From positions 1 through 15,705 of the forward strand of contig JBHLOI010000071.1 of the NCBI GenBank assembly GCA_048940645.1: a stretch of DNA of 15,705 bases, read 5' to 3'. The position numbers and the translations under genes are program-made. Under the pieces are notes generated by a model, which ran no database searches, was not told the DNA's origin, and saw only the letters and a program-made list of their open reading frames with translations. Source of the stretch: Promethearchaeota archaeon. Lineage in GTDB: Archaea; Asgardarchaeota; Lokiarchaeia; Sigyniarchaeales; SOKP01. Shown here piece after piece: positions 8,534 to 15,705 of the stretch; position 1 is the first letter of the stretch, and every line of letters starts with the position of its first letter.

Positions 8534-9205
8534 TTAAATTGGATAAATTTGTTGTTGGGAATTTGCTAAAAAATCACTCCAAGAATAATACATTATATCA
8601 GAAGAGGAAGCAGATAATGAAGTGAGCATTCCGATTGTAACCATAATACTTTTTTCTTCCAAAAAAACCTTAGCTAAGTTAAAACTTTCTTCAGTTTCTT
8701 GGCTACTTGTATAAATTTCTTCAATAGAACCAAAAACTTCACTTATATCTTTATCATTATAAATTAAATCAGAAAGGTTTTCCTTAAAATATCTATAAAA
8801 TTCAAGACCACTTTTAGTTAAATAAAAATTATCATCATTTATCTTCTTAAATAAATAACCAATCGATTTAGAGATAAGGGATGCATCAATATTTTCAGGT
8901 AATTTTTTAGCACTCTCAGGAGTTAAAGCTTGATTATTAAAAAGATATAAGATTAGTTTTTCTTTTTCAGATAACCTTCTATAAATTTCTGATTTAATTA
9001 CTCGTAATTTTGAACCATCTAATTCTATTTTTGGACAATATTTTTGAGTTAAATCAAAGATATTCAGATATTTTTGAATGGTTATCCAATGATTCTCTAA
9101 TTCTGTAATAAATTTCAATTCATTTATGTTGTATTCTTTATTTTCCTCTAATAAATTGAGATTATAGATTAATGAAAGTGAAATGCTTAATGGATCCTTT
9201 TTAAT
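8534..9205 (-). CDS. tandem winged-helix DNA-binding protein (track start 9118; probable true start ATT at 9205)
   Basis: The frame stays open 29 codons upstream of TTG 9118 and completes the HTH LEENKEYNINELKFITELENHWITIQKYLNIF. A second wHTH ends in the wing FYLTKSGLEFY. AGGTGA RBS at 9212-9217. Confidence 0.7.
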   Translation of the reverse strand: MKKDPLSISLSLIYNLNLLEENKEYNINELKFITELENHWITIQKYLNIFDLTQKYCPKIELDGSKLRVIKSEIYRRLSEKEKLILYLFNNQALTPESAKKLPENIDASLISKSIGYLFKKINDDNFYLTKSGLEFYRYFKENLSDLIYNDKDISEVFGSIEEIYTSSQETEESFNLAKVFLEEKSIMVTIGMLTSLSASSSDIMYYSWSDFLANSQQQIYPI

Positions 9206-9211
9206 TTTTAA

Positions 9212-9217
9212 TCACCT
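9212..9217 (-). promoter_or_regulatory. Shine-Dalgarno AGGTGA
   Basis: tcacct on +, 6 nt upstream of the in-frame ATT at 9205-9203. Confidence 0.6.
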
Positions 9218-9304
9218 TTAGATCTTTTTTCATTATATTGAAATTAATTTTAATTTATAAATATATTTTTTAGATTTTATTATTTAAATATTTATTAATT
9301 TTCG

Positions 9305-10033
9305 TTATGGTGAAAATTCTATTATTTTTCCTCTACAATATTTTAAATTAGGCGCCATAATAAACGAACTCGAACAATATTTGCAATTAAGATAGAGAGG
9401 ACATCCAATTTCAAAATGATTCTTTTTAAATTCAATATCTATATTTTTCTTAACCATAGTTTTTCTATATTTTGAACAAGTACACATAATTCTAAAATTG
9501 ATGCATAAAAAATCTCCTTCCAAAGAATATTTGATATTAATTGAATTTCCCTTGAAGGGAATTGTATCACCATCATCAGGTAAAGTAATATTATAATTTC
9601 TATTAATTTCATTAATTTTATTTTCAATAACTTTACTTGGATCTTCATCAAATGTGAAATATTTTAAAAATTCTTGGGCAAAAATTTGTTTATCTATATG
9701 AGTACTTCTCTGTTTCTCTTGTATTTGCTTAATTAATTCTAAAATTTCATCACATATTCCCTTTTGACATAATTCCTCTGCAACACTCTCTCCAAAACTG
9801 CTAAATCTACATGATATTCCAGTTACTCCATGAGTTGTTCTTTCTTTTCGTGATTTGTATTCCGTTATACCATGTTGATCTAATTTTTTACAATCCTCTT
9901 GTTCATCTATAAAAGGTTGAACGGGAAAGTTATTTGGATGCCTTTTATGACATATATAATAAACTAATTTTGGATGATCAGCAACAATATTCTTTAGTGT
10001 TTCTCTGCAACTAAGATAAAATAAAGTATTCAT
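9305..10033 (-). CDS. Cys-rich hypothetical protein with probable C-terminal zinc ribbon
   Basis: 242 aa. CTC...CKYC pair near the C-terminus; possible wHTH wing in LDQHGITEY...RFSSFGESVAEEL. Confidence 0.7.
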   Translation of the reverse strand: MNTLFYLSCRETLKNIVADHPKLVYYICHKRHPNNFPVQPFIDEQEDCKKLDQHGITEYKSRKERTTHGVTGISCRFSSFGESVAEELCQKGICDEILELIKQIQEKQRSTHIDKQIFAQEFLKYFTFDEDPSKVIENKINEINRNYNITLPDDGDTIPFKGNSINIKYSLEGDFLCINFRIMCTCSKYRKTMVKKNIDIEFKKNHFEIGCPLYLNCKYCSSSFIMAPNLKYCRGKIIEFSP

Positions 10034-10214
10034 TTGAAAATAAAATGATTTTTCTCTTTAATAATTAAAAATTTACTTTTTTATATAAATATGAATAATC
10101 TTGTTTATTAATAGATTAAATTATTAATTATTTGCAAATCTAGCTTGTGATCCTTATTAGTTAGTTATACATAAAGAGAATAGTTAGCAAGTCTAAGAAA
10201 TTTAGCCTTAGAAA

Positions 10215-10772
10215 TCATAAATCTTTAAAGTTAATTTTTTTAAAATAACCCTGAAGAGCTTCTCCTAACCAGAAATCTTTCGAAATTAATTTATGAATTT
10301 TGTCGTATTCTTGATTCTCATTGTATTGTATTATTAGCTCTTTATATACTTGTTTTAATTTCCATAAATTTTTTCGATGATATATAGCTAACTTTCCTTT
10401 GGTTTGATTTTTAGGACCAAATGATAACCCAAAACAATATTGAGCGTCAGATTGTAATAACTTTTCAATACTTTTCCACTTTAATGATGGAGAATTATCG
10501 TACTCGATTGCTAAGTCTAGTCCAATAAATTTACCATAGACATCAATCAGTCCATTTTTCCTATCTTTTGCCTCTCCAAACTTTTTCTTAATTCTATATT
10601 TCCCGTTATATTGTATATTATATTCCCTAAATGTGTCAAAATCATTAGATTGAAGGAACTTGATCAATTCATTTTGGATGAATTGATGTCTCTCAACTTT
10701 TTTTAATATATTTTTGGCGTTTCCTAAGATTCCTTTAATGCCCTCAATTATAAAATCTGGAAGTTCACTCAT
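10215..10772 (-). CDS. PD-(D/E)xK restriction-endonuclease-fold protein
   Basis: Ordered motifs RHQFIQ (H29, Q33), REY (E50), GLIDVYG (D77), AIEYD (E90, D92), KSIEKL (K104). Confidence 0.75.
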   Translation of the reverse strand: MSELPDFIIEGIKGILGNAKNILKKVERHQFIQNELIKFLQSNDFDTFREYNIQYNGKYRIKKKFGEAKDRKNGLIDVYGKFIGLDLAIEYDNSPSLKWKSIEKLLQSDAQYCFGLSFGPKNQTKGKLAIYHRKNLWKLKQVYKELIIQYNENQEYDKIHKLISKDFWLGEALQGYFKKINFKDL

Positions 10773-10856
10773 TTTTTGAAATCAATTTTAAATGAAGATT
10801 TTTTTATCATCAATTATGTCTTAATCCTTTTCTATACTTTTTCAAATCTTCTATAA

Positions 10857-10997
10857 TTAATTCTTTTGTTCTTTCAAATTATCATTTCTAATACTCGTTC
10901 TTCCTCTGTCTCTAAACAATAACATCGCTAATAACAGCCAAATTAAACAAAAAAGTATTATAATTTCGTCTTCTAATGGTTTAAGAATAATACTCAT
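10857..10997 (-). CDS. possible 46-aa single-TM peptide (below the track cut-off)
   Basis: ATG at 10997 to TAA at 10859-10857: MSIILKPLEDEIIILFCLIWLLLAMLLFRDRGRTSIRNDNLKEQKN. A hydrophobic core is followed by basic residues; co-oriented with the nuclease gene. No clear RBS. Confidence 0.35.
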   Translation of the reverse strand: MSIILKPLEDEIIILFCLIWLLLAMLLFRDRGRTSIRNDNLKEQKN

Positions 10998-11076
10998 TTA
11001 AATGTTAATAGTAAGAAAGAGAAGTTACTTTTTTCTTTTAAATATCCTCATAATAACTACTATGCAGTGATAATAT

Positions 11077-11451
11077 ATGGCGGGAGATGATATGAAATGT
11101 GATGCTCGAGGCTTAATTGAGAATTTCATTGAAAAAGAAATCCGAACTTTATTAGAAGATCCCATGAATGAGTTTCAAGATCCAAATTGGGTACAAGCCG
11201 CCGAACTGTTTGCGGAAATAATTGTGCCCTGTGGATCGGTGTACTTTGTCCATGAGGGGCTACTAACGTTAGCAAAAGACATCGTGCAACAGGCAAAAAC
11301 ACATAATTGTAAGGTAGCCTATTATTATGGAAGAGGATACAATGCAGTCGCAGGTAATCCTAGAGGGGGCTTCACCCGGGAAGAAAAAGTTGATTATAGC
11401 AATATAATCCGCGAAATTGAACAATGGATAAAAGGTTATGTTGAATTTTAA
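11077..11451 (+). CDS. hypothetical protein
   Basis: 124-aa ORF with normal composition. The second ATG (11092), preceded by GGGAGA, may be the true start. No family recognised. Confidence 0.75.
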   Translation: MAGDDMKCDARGLIENFIEKEIRTLLEDPMNEFQDPNWVQAAELFAEIIVPCGSVYFVHEGLLTLAKDIVQQAKTHNCKVAYYYGRGYNAVAGNPRGGFTREEKVDYSNIIREIEQWIKGYVEF

Positions 11452-11526
11452 CAGAAGAGATACAAGAGTTTCATTCATGAAGTGAAGAAGAATTATCTTT
11501 ATGTAAAAATTAAGAAATAAGGAATT

Positions 11527-12618
11527 TTATTTTAATTTCTTCGGAAAATAGTAATACTTTTCATAGGGAAAATCTTCGAAAAGTTTTTTGATTTGTCCCT
11601 CCCAGTCTATTTCTTTTTCAAGTAAATTCATTCTCTGTAGAAAGTACTTTCGTTCTTCTATAGTTAAATCTTTTTTTGTTAAAGTTTTACCTAATTCTCT
11701 AATCTCCTTCATAGTTATTTCCCATTTCACATCAGGTGAACTTCTTGATAGATAAGGTCCCCCAATCTCTCGATAAAGGTCCAAAAATTTCATTAAATTC
11801 TTGTGGGCTTCATCATACTCCTTTGCAAAATTTTCATAATTTTCACCACTCTGACGTGCTCTTCTAATTTCATACATCATAGCAAATTTGAATCCCTCTC
11901 GTAATTTTTCTCTCTTTTTGATATATTCATTTCTTTTATCTTCAGAAAGTGACTTCTCTTGTAAAGCAGCTGATATTAAGATCGTTCGGTCTAAGATAGA
12001 CCTCATTAAAGCGTAATTGTTCATTTGAGCTTCAAGTGCTTTAAGGTCCGGTCGTTTGACCCTAACTTTTCCATGCTCTATCGTTACCTCAAATCCTTCT
12101 ATCATTTGAGAGGTATATTTAGAAATTAGATAGGAATCGAAAAACTGATATAATAATCCCATATCCCTTTCTTTTGCTTCTTGTTCGTTGGTTAATTGTA
12201 AAAACTTAAATTTCTTAGTTAATTGAATTTTCTTGCAATGAATTCGAAACATTCTCAGGGTTTCATTTAACTTTTGATGTAGGGTGGAACCGTATATTCT
12301 TCTTCTTAACTCTTTCATTATTGGGTCGCGAATTGGCGTTTGATAGTAATTTCTATCCCATGTTAATTCATCAATATAGGACCTATAATGCTCAAACAAA
12401 AATTTATATTGTTCCCTAGAACACAAATTAGGAGGCGCTAGTGGCTTATTGAACTCCTTCTCTGCTTGATCTAGTAAACGAGTTATCTCTTTCAGTAGAA
12501 TTTTTCTCTCGTTTTGCGTTAGATTCTTGCTTTCAAATTTTTTACTAAGTATGAGTTCCGATTCTAAGGCTGTAAAACCCTTTTGAGGATTCGAATATTT
12601 GTTCAGATTTTTTGGCAT
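11527..12618 (-). CDS. hypothetical mostly helical, charged protein
   Basis: 363-aa ORF, divergent from the 755-aa gene, with three dispersed KxL[TS]xx[EK]R helical motifs. Confidence 0.8.
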   Translation of the reverse strand: MPKNLNKYSNPQKGFTALESELILSKKFESKNLTQNERKILLKEITRLLDQAEKEFNKPLAPPNLCSREQYKFLFEHYRSYIDELTWDRNYYQTPIRDPIMKELRRRIYGSTLHQKLNETLRMFRIHCKKIQLTKKFKFLQLTNEQEAKERDMGLLYQFFDSYLISKYTSQMIEGFEVTIEHGKVRVKRPDLKALEAQMNNYALMRSILDRTILISAALQEKSLSEDKRNEYIKKREKLREGFKFAMMYEIRRARQSGENYENFAKEYDEAHKNLMKFLDLYREIGGPYLSRSSPDVKWEITMKEIRELGKTLTKKDLTIEERKYFLQRMNLLEKEIDWEGQIKKLFEDFPYEKYYYFPKKLK

Positions 12619-12806
12619 GATTATCTATTCAATCTGAATTTTTTTTCTTAAAAAAAATTGTCTATCTTCCTTAAGGAATTTTATATTAAAAGCTTGCTGT
12701 CAAGATAATAATTTTTTTTTATATAGATCTAAAAATATCCTCTAAACAAATCAGTACGTAAACTAGATAAAGACTTTTTGTTTTATCAATAAAAATAATT
12801 TGAGAG

Positions 12807-15074
12807 GTGTTTATGATTATGTATGGAGATGAGTATAAACACAACAAGAGCGGAAAAGGTGGTAAAGAAAAAGATGATACCTCAGACATATATCGAGAGA
12901 AATCACAAGAAGTTAAGAGATTTGTACCTTCCTTGGAAAAAACTAACAAGGATAAAAAACGAACGTTCACTCCAAGCCTTACCCCAGAACCGAAACAAAA
13001 ACGAAGTGACTTCACCCCCTCTATGGAACTCCCTAAAGAATCCAACAAGAGAACTTTTACTCCTGCCCTAACCAGCGATCCCAATAAAAAACGCAGAAAT
13101 TTTACTCCATCCCTCGAAATGTCAGAAAAAAAAGAAAGAACCTTCTTTCCAACTTTAACGTTAACAGACGATAAAAAACTCCATGAAAAACAGGAAAAGT
13201 TATACAACAAGGAAATAATCAATAAAATTCTTCCTCATATTTCTGAACTGTCCCCCAAATTTCTGGAATATATCCAATACGCACAAAAAAGAGGGAAAGA
13301 AACTGTACCCAATCCCTATCCAAATCGAGGTACCCGTATCACCGATAAATTCAAAGACTGGATTAAAATGAATGAAGTCAACCCGTTTGAAGCAAAACAA
13401 TATCTCAGTCAAATTGAGCAAATTAATAGTAACAAATACGTTCAGGAAATCGTCAAACATAAGATTTCAACAACAAGTAATTCGCTAAAGGAGATTGCAC
13501 GTAGTTTAAAAGTGTACGGCCTGAATATAAGCCCTCATACGATCAAAAATATCGCCCTAAAAGATGTATATAATAATAATCAGAAACAAATGAACAGAAG
13601 ATTCCCTTCTGGAACTGGAGGTTTTCTAAATCAAGAGTATTCCCTAGATAAAAATGGAATTGCCTTTGAAAATATCAAGCTCCTTCAAGAAAAGTTTATT
13701 CAATATCATGAGTATGCAGAAAAAAATAATCTAAAAACTAAATATGCAAATAGGGGTGCTAAAATCACCAACCTTTTCATTAACTGGATCCACGAAAATG
13801 AAAAAAATCTTGATATAAGAAATAATCTTATCGATGCCGCTAAAATAATCACCAAAAATGGAGAAATCCCACAATATGTAATGGGAAAGACCATTAACTC
13901 CCAATTATCCATGAGAGCAATTTCAGATGAGCTAAAAAAAAAAGGAATCTATCTCTCACATCATGCTATCGGAGATTATGCTCGTGATCATGCTCTTGAA
14001 AATGAAAGAGCAAAAATCGAGAGATTTCCGAGTCCTAATGAGATTATATCTAAGGAAATATATGAAAAAGTTAAAGAAGAAGTGAAAAAATTTTATCCCA
14101 TCCCTCAAAGATGGTTAAGTAAAAAGTTAGGTATTTCAAGAGGTGCAATTGAGAGAATTGCTAAAATAGAAAATACTAGAAAAGAATATGAAAGAAAGTG
14201 GCCTGCCAGAGAGAAAATATCAGATGAAGTCCATGATTCAGCTATTAATGATATAAAAAATACAAACTTAAATATGGTTCAGATCGCAGATAAACATAAT
14301 ATTTCACCTCAAAGTGTTAAGAAATTTGCAAAAGAAGAGGTCTTTAAAGATGATGATAAATCTTTTGCAAATCGATTTCCATATGATCTCGATCGCTTTG
14401 TAGGAGTTCTAACTCATTATTGTATTCTTGATGAACTTACATCCTTTTTTGATAAATATCATAAAGAAACTTTTTATGCTGAACCAAGAATTTACCGAAG
14501 TTCTTCTAAAGGAAGTGATGGATTAATCTTAAATGATCAAAAATTCCTCCAAAGGCGATTAAAAGATCCTGAAAATATAAGAGATTTATCCTTGCTCATC
14601 CATGGTATCCCTGCTCAATCCTTAAATACCCAATTTGACCATATAAAAGCTATTCAATTCGATCTAACCAACAATATTACTAATGAAAATATTTTTAAAA
14701 AAAGTATCAAATATCAACACCCGGACATAATGCTCTACATTGTTGGTACTCAATGGTACCCATATGATCCTGTAAAACCCCTCCCAAATGATAAAAACAT
14801 TCTCTACCCCAATAATATCAAAGTAATTAGTTATGAACTCTTCGCAGATTTCATCAAACTTCGAGGAAAAGCTAAAGGACATTTTGAACAAATCATAGAC
14901 CTAAATTATAATACAGATATCAATACCCTGAAAAAAATACATGAACTAAATGCTGTTAAATGGAATAATAAAGATCGATTAAGAACAGAATTAAAGCAAA
15001 AAGGATTAATTAAGAGAGCAATTAACGAATATTTTAACATACCACCTAAATATGAACAAAAGAAATTAGTTTAA
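12807..15074 (+). CDS. modular protein: N-terminal 15-aa repeats, four HTH-like units, C-terminal restriction-like (PD-(D/E)xK variant) nuclease domain
   Basis: 755 aa. The GTG at 12807 is part of the RBS GAGGTG (12804-12809), so the start is probably ATG 12813 or 12819. HTH-like segments: SLKEIARSLKVYGLNISPHTIKNIA, SMRAISDELKKKGIYLSHHAIGDYA, PQRWLSKKLGISRGAIERIA, NMVQIADKHNISPQSVKKFA. Nuclease-like residues: H537, E559, D571, D619, K632-x-x-K635-Y636. Confidence 0.8.
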   Translation: MFMIMYGDEYKHNKSGKGGKEKDDTSDIYREKSQEVKRFVPSLEKTNKDKKRTFTPSLTPEPKQKRSDFTPSMELPKESNKRTFTPALTSDPNKKRRNFTPSLEMSEKKERTFFPTLTLTDDKKLHEKQEKLYNKEIINKILPHISELSPKFLEYIQYAQKRGKETVPNPYPNRGTRITDKFKDWIKMNEVNPFEAKQYLSQIEQINSNKYVQEIVKHKISTTSNSLKEIARSLKVYGLNISPHTIKNIALKDVYNNNQKQMNRRFPSGTGGFLNQEYSLDKNGIAFENIKLLQEKFIQYHEYAEKNNLKTKYANRGAKITNLFINWIHENEKNLDIRNNLIDAAKIITKNGEIPQYVMGKTINSQLSMRAISDELKKKGIYLSHHAIGDYARDHALENERAKIERFPSPNEIISKEIYEKVKEEVKKFYPIPQRWLSKKLGISRGAIERIAKIENTRKEYERKWPAREKISDEVHDSAINDIKNTNLNMVQIADKHNISPQSVKKFAKEEVFKDDDKSFANRFPYDLDRFVGVLTHYCILDELTSFFDKYHKETFYAEPRIYRSSSKGSDGLILNDQKFLQRRLKDPENIRDLSLLIHGIPAQSLNTQFDHIKAIQFDLTNNITNENIFKKSIKYQHPDIMLYIVGTQWYPYDPVKPLPNDKNILYPNNIKVISYELFADFIKLRGKAKGHFEQIIDLNYNTDINTLKKIHELNAVKWNNKDRLRTELKQKGLIKRAINEYFNIPPKYEQKKLV
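12912..13178 (+). repeat. six degenerate 45-nt (15-aa) tandem repeats, [KR]-x-F-[TVF]-P-[SAT]-[LM]
   Basis: Phe at aa 39, 54, 69, 84, 99 and 113: VKRFVPSLE, KRTFTPSLT, RSDFTPSME, KRTFTPALT, RRNFTPSLE, ERTFFPTLT. Confidence 0.9.
13230..14033 (+). repeat. duplicated approx. 125-aa module within the 755-aa protein
   Basis: KFLEYIQYA..YPNRGTRITDKFKDWI..RRFPS (aa about 142-268) aligns with KFIQYHEYA..YANRGAKITNLFINWI..ERFPS (aa about 287-409). Confidence 0.85.
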
Positions 15075-15703
15075 TAATTAAAACCCTTAAGCAATTGAAC
15101 GGTGGTATACATTTCTTTTCCGCCCTTGCGGAGATAATCCATGGCTTCTTCAATTCCCTCTACCGTTAAATTGAACATTGGTATGATGCTCGAAATCACC
15201 TTGCGCGTCCACGGAACCCACTCCATCCTGATGAGCTCAGGATTAAGCCAGACAACATTATCCTTGAAATGGTTTGCAAGCTCCTTGATATAATATATTC
15301 CAGGCATCTCATTTCTGTGGTAGTAGTATATGCTTCCAAACCTCTCCGAAAGTTCCCAAGATGCCATTGCTGCATCACCCACTACAACTACCTTGTATTT
15401 ATGGTCATATTTTTTTAAAAACTCATCAAAATCAATCGCTTCATCGGGATTCCGTTGAGCATTAAAAAACAAACTCTCGTAAATGCAGTTATGGAAGTAG
15501 TAATGCTTAAAATCCTTCCAGTGAGACATGTTATTGGCCGCCGAGAAAAGTAGGTTTACCAGATGAGCATAGGGGGTCATGCTTCCACCAACGTCCATCA
15601 GGAGGATAAGTTTCACATTATTTTTTCTGCGTTTTTCAAACACAATTTCGATGTCCCCGCCGTTTTTTGCGGTTTTGTCAATGGTTTTATCCATGTTGAG
15701 TTC
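15071..15703 (-). CDS. vWA-domain CoxE-like protein (COG3825-type), 5'-truncated by the window edge
   Basis: MIDAS-like LLMDVGGSM, YYFHNCIYE, VGDAAMASWEL and VWLNP are characteristic of this family. The frame stays open upstream of ATG 15694 (ELNMDKTIDKTAKNGG), so the gene starts outside the window. Confidence 0.9.
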   Translation of the reverse strand, partial: ELNMDKTIDKTAKNGGDIEIVFEKRRKNNVKLILLMDVGGSMTPYAHLVNLLFSAANNMSHWKDFKHYYFHNCIYESLFFNAQRNPDEAIDFDEFLKKYDHKYKVVVVGDAAMASWELSERFGSIYYYHRNEMPGIYYIKELANHFKDNVVWLNPELIRMEWVPWTRKVISSIIPMFNLTVEGIEEAMDYLRKGGKEMYTTVQLLKGFNY

Positions 15704-15705
15704 GT

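Noticed and set aside
11980-12300. GSTLH...E...KRPDL in the 363-aa protein as a third PD-(D/E)xK nuclease
   Set aside because: No beta-strand with an (E/D)xK-type motif follows the PD; the downstream sequence looks helical.
8068-12706. 9-bp inverted match atcttgaca / tgtcaagat as IS ends
   Set aside because: It is too short, does not extend, is oriented opposite to typical TGT...ACA ends for the enclosed segment, and there is no transposase.
12719-13222. 167-aa antisense ORF with repeated GVK motifs
   Set aside because: The periodicity simply mirrors the FTP repeats on the + strand.
10057-15083. 14-bp direct repeat tttaataattaaaa at 10057-10070 and 15070-15083 as att sites or a target duplication
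   Set aside because: It is purely A/T in a very AT-rich window, so a chance match is plausible. The first copy sits where a TATA box for the 242-aa gene is expected, and no recombinase is present.
1268-15378. Short overlapping track ORFs (1268-1546, 2535-2735, 4504-4824, 5244-5426, 5496-5861, 9439-9651, 11269-11478, 12823-13071, 13200-13460, 13706-13912, 14664-14891, 15196-15378)
   Set aside because: They are antisense or alternate-frame shadows of longer, motif-bearing CDSs and show no independent coding signal.

Overview
AT-rich archaeal-type accessory region. GGTGA/GAGGTG ribosome-binding sites, oligo-T terminators and the style of the Ig-like and PH-like proteins suggest an Asgard (Lokiarchaeia-like) genome; this is inference. 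About 16 CDSs lie in alternating orientations. There is no tRNA, rRNA, CRISPR array, integrase or transposase. The left half (1-8032) is envelope-related: two small hydrophobic hairpin proteins of pilin-like layout, a PH-like protein, a beta-helix membrane protein, a HExxH membrane metalloprotease, a secreted 728-aa repeat/Ig-like protein and a HerA/VirB4/VirD4-class ATPase. The middle (about 8140-11000) is a very low-GC co-oriented block: PD-(D/E)xK nuclease, Zn-binding protein, tandem winged-helix protein with a probable ATT start, and a DUF3467-like protein. On the right, a 755-aa modular protein has six 15-aa repeats, four HTH-like units and a C-terminal nuclease. Its H..E..D..D..KxxKY layout resembles the restriction-like endonuclease of R2-type retrotransposons. 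It shares a TTAA stop overlap with a higher-GC vWA/CoxE-like gene that runs off the window. All family calls come from motif recognition by eye, not from searches.
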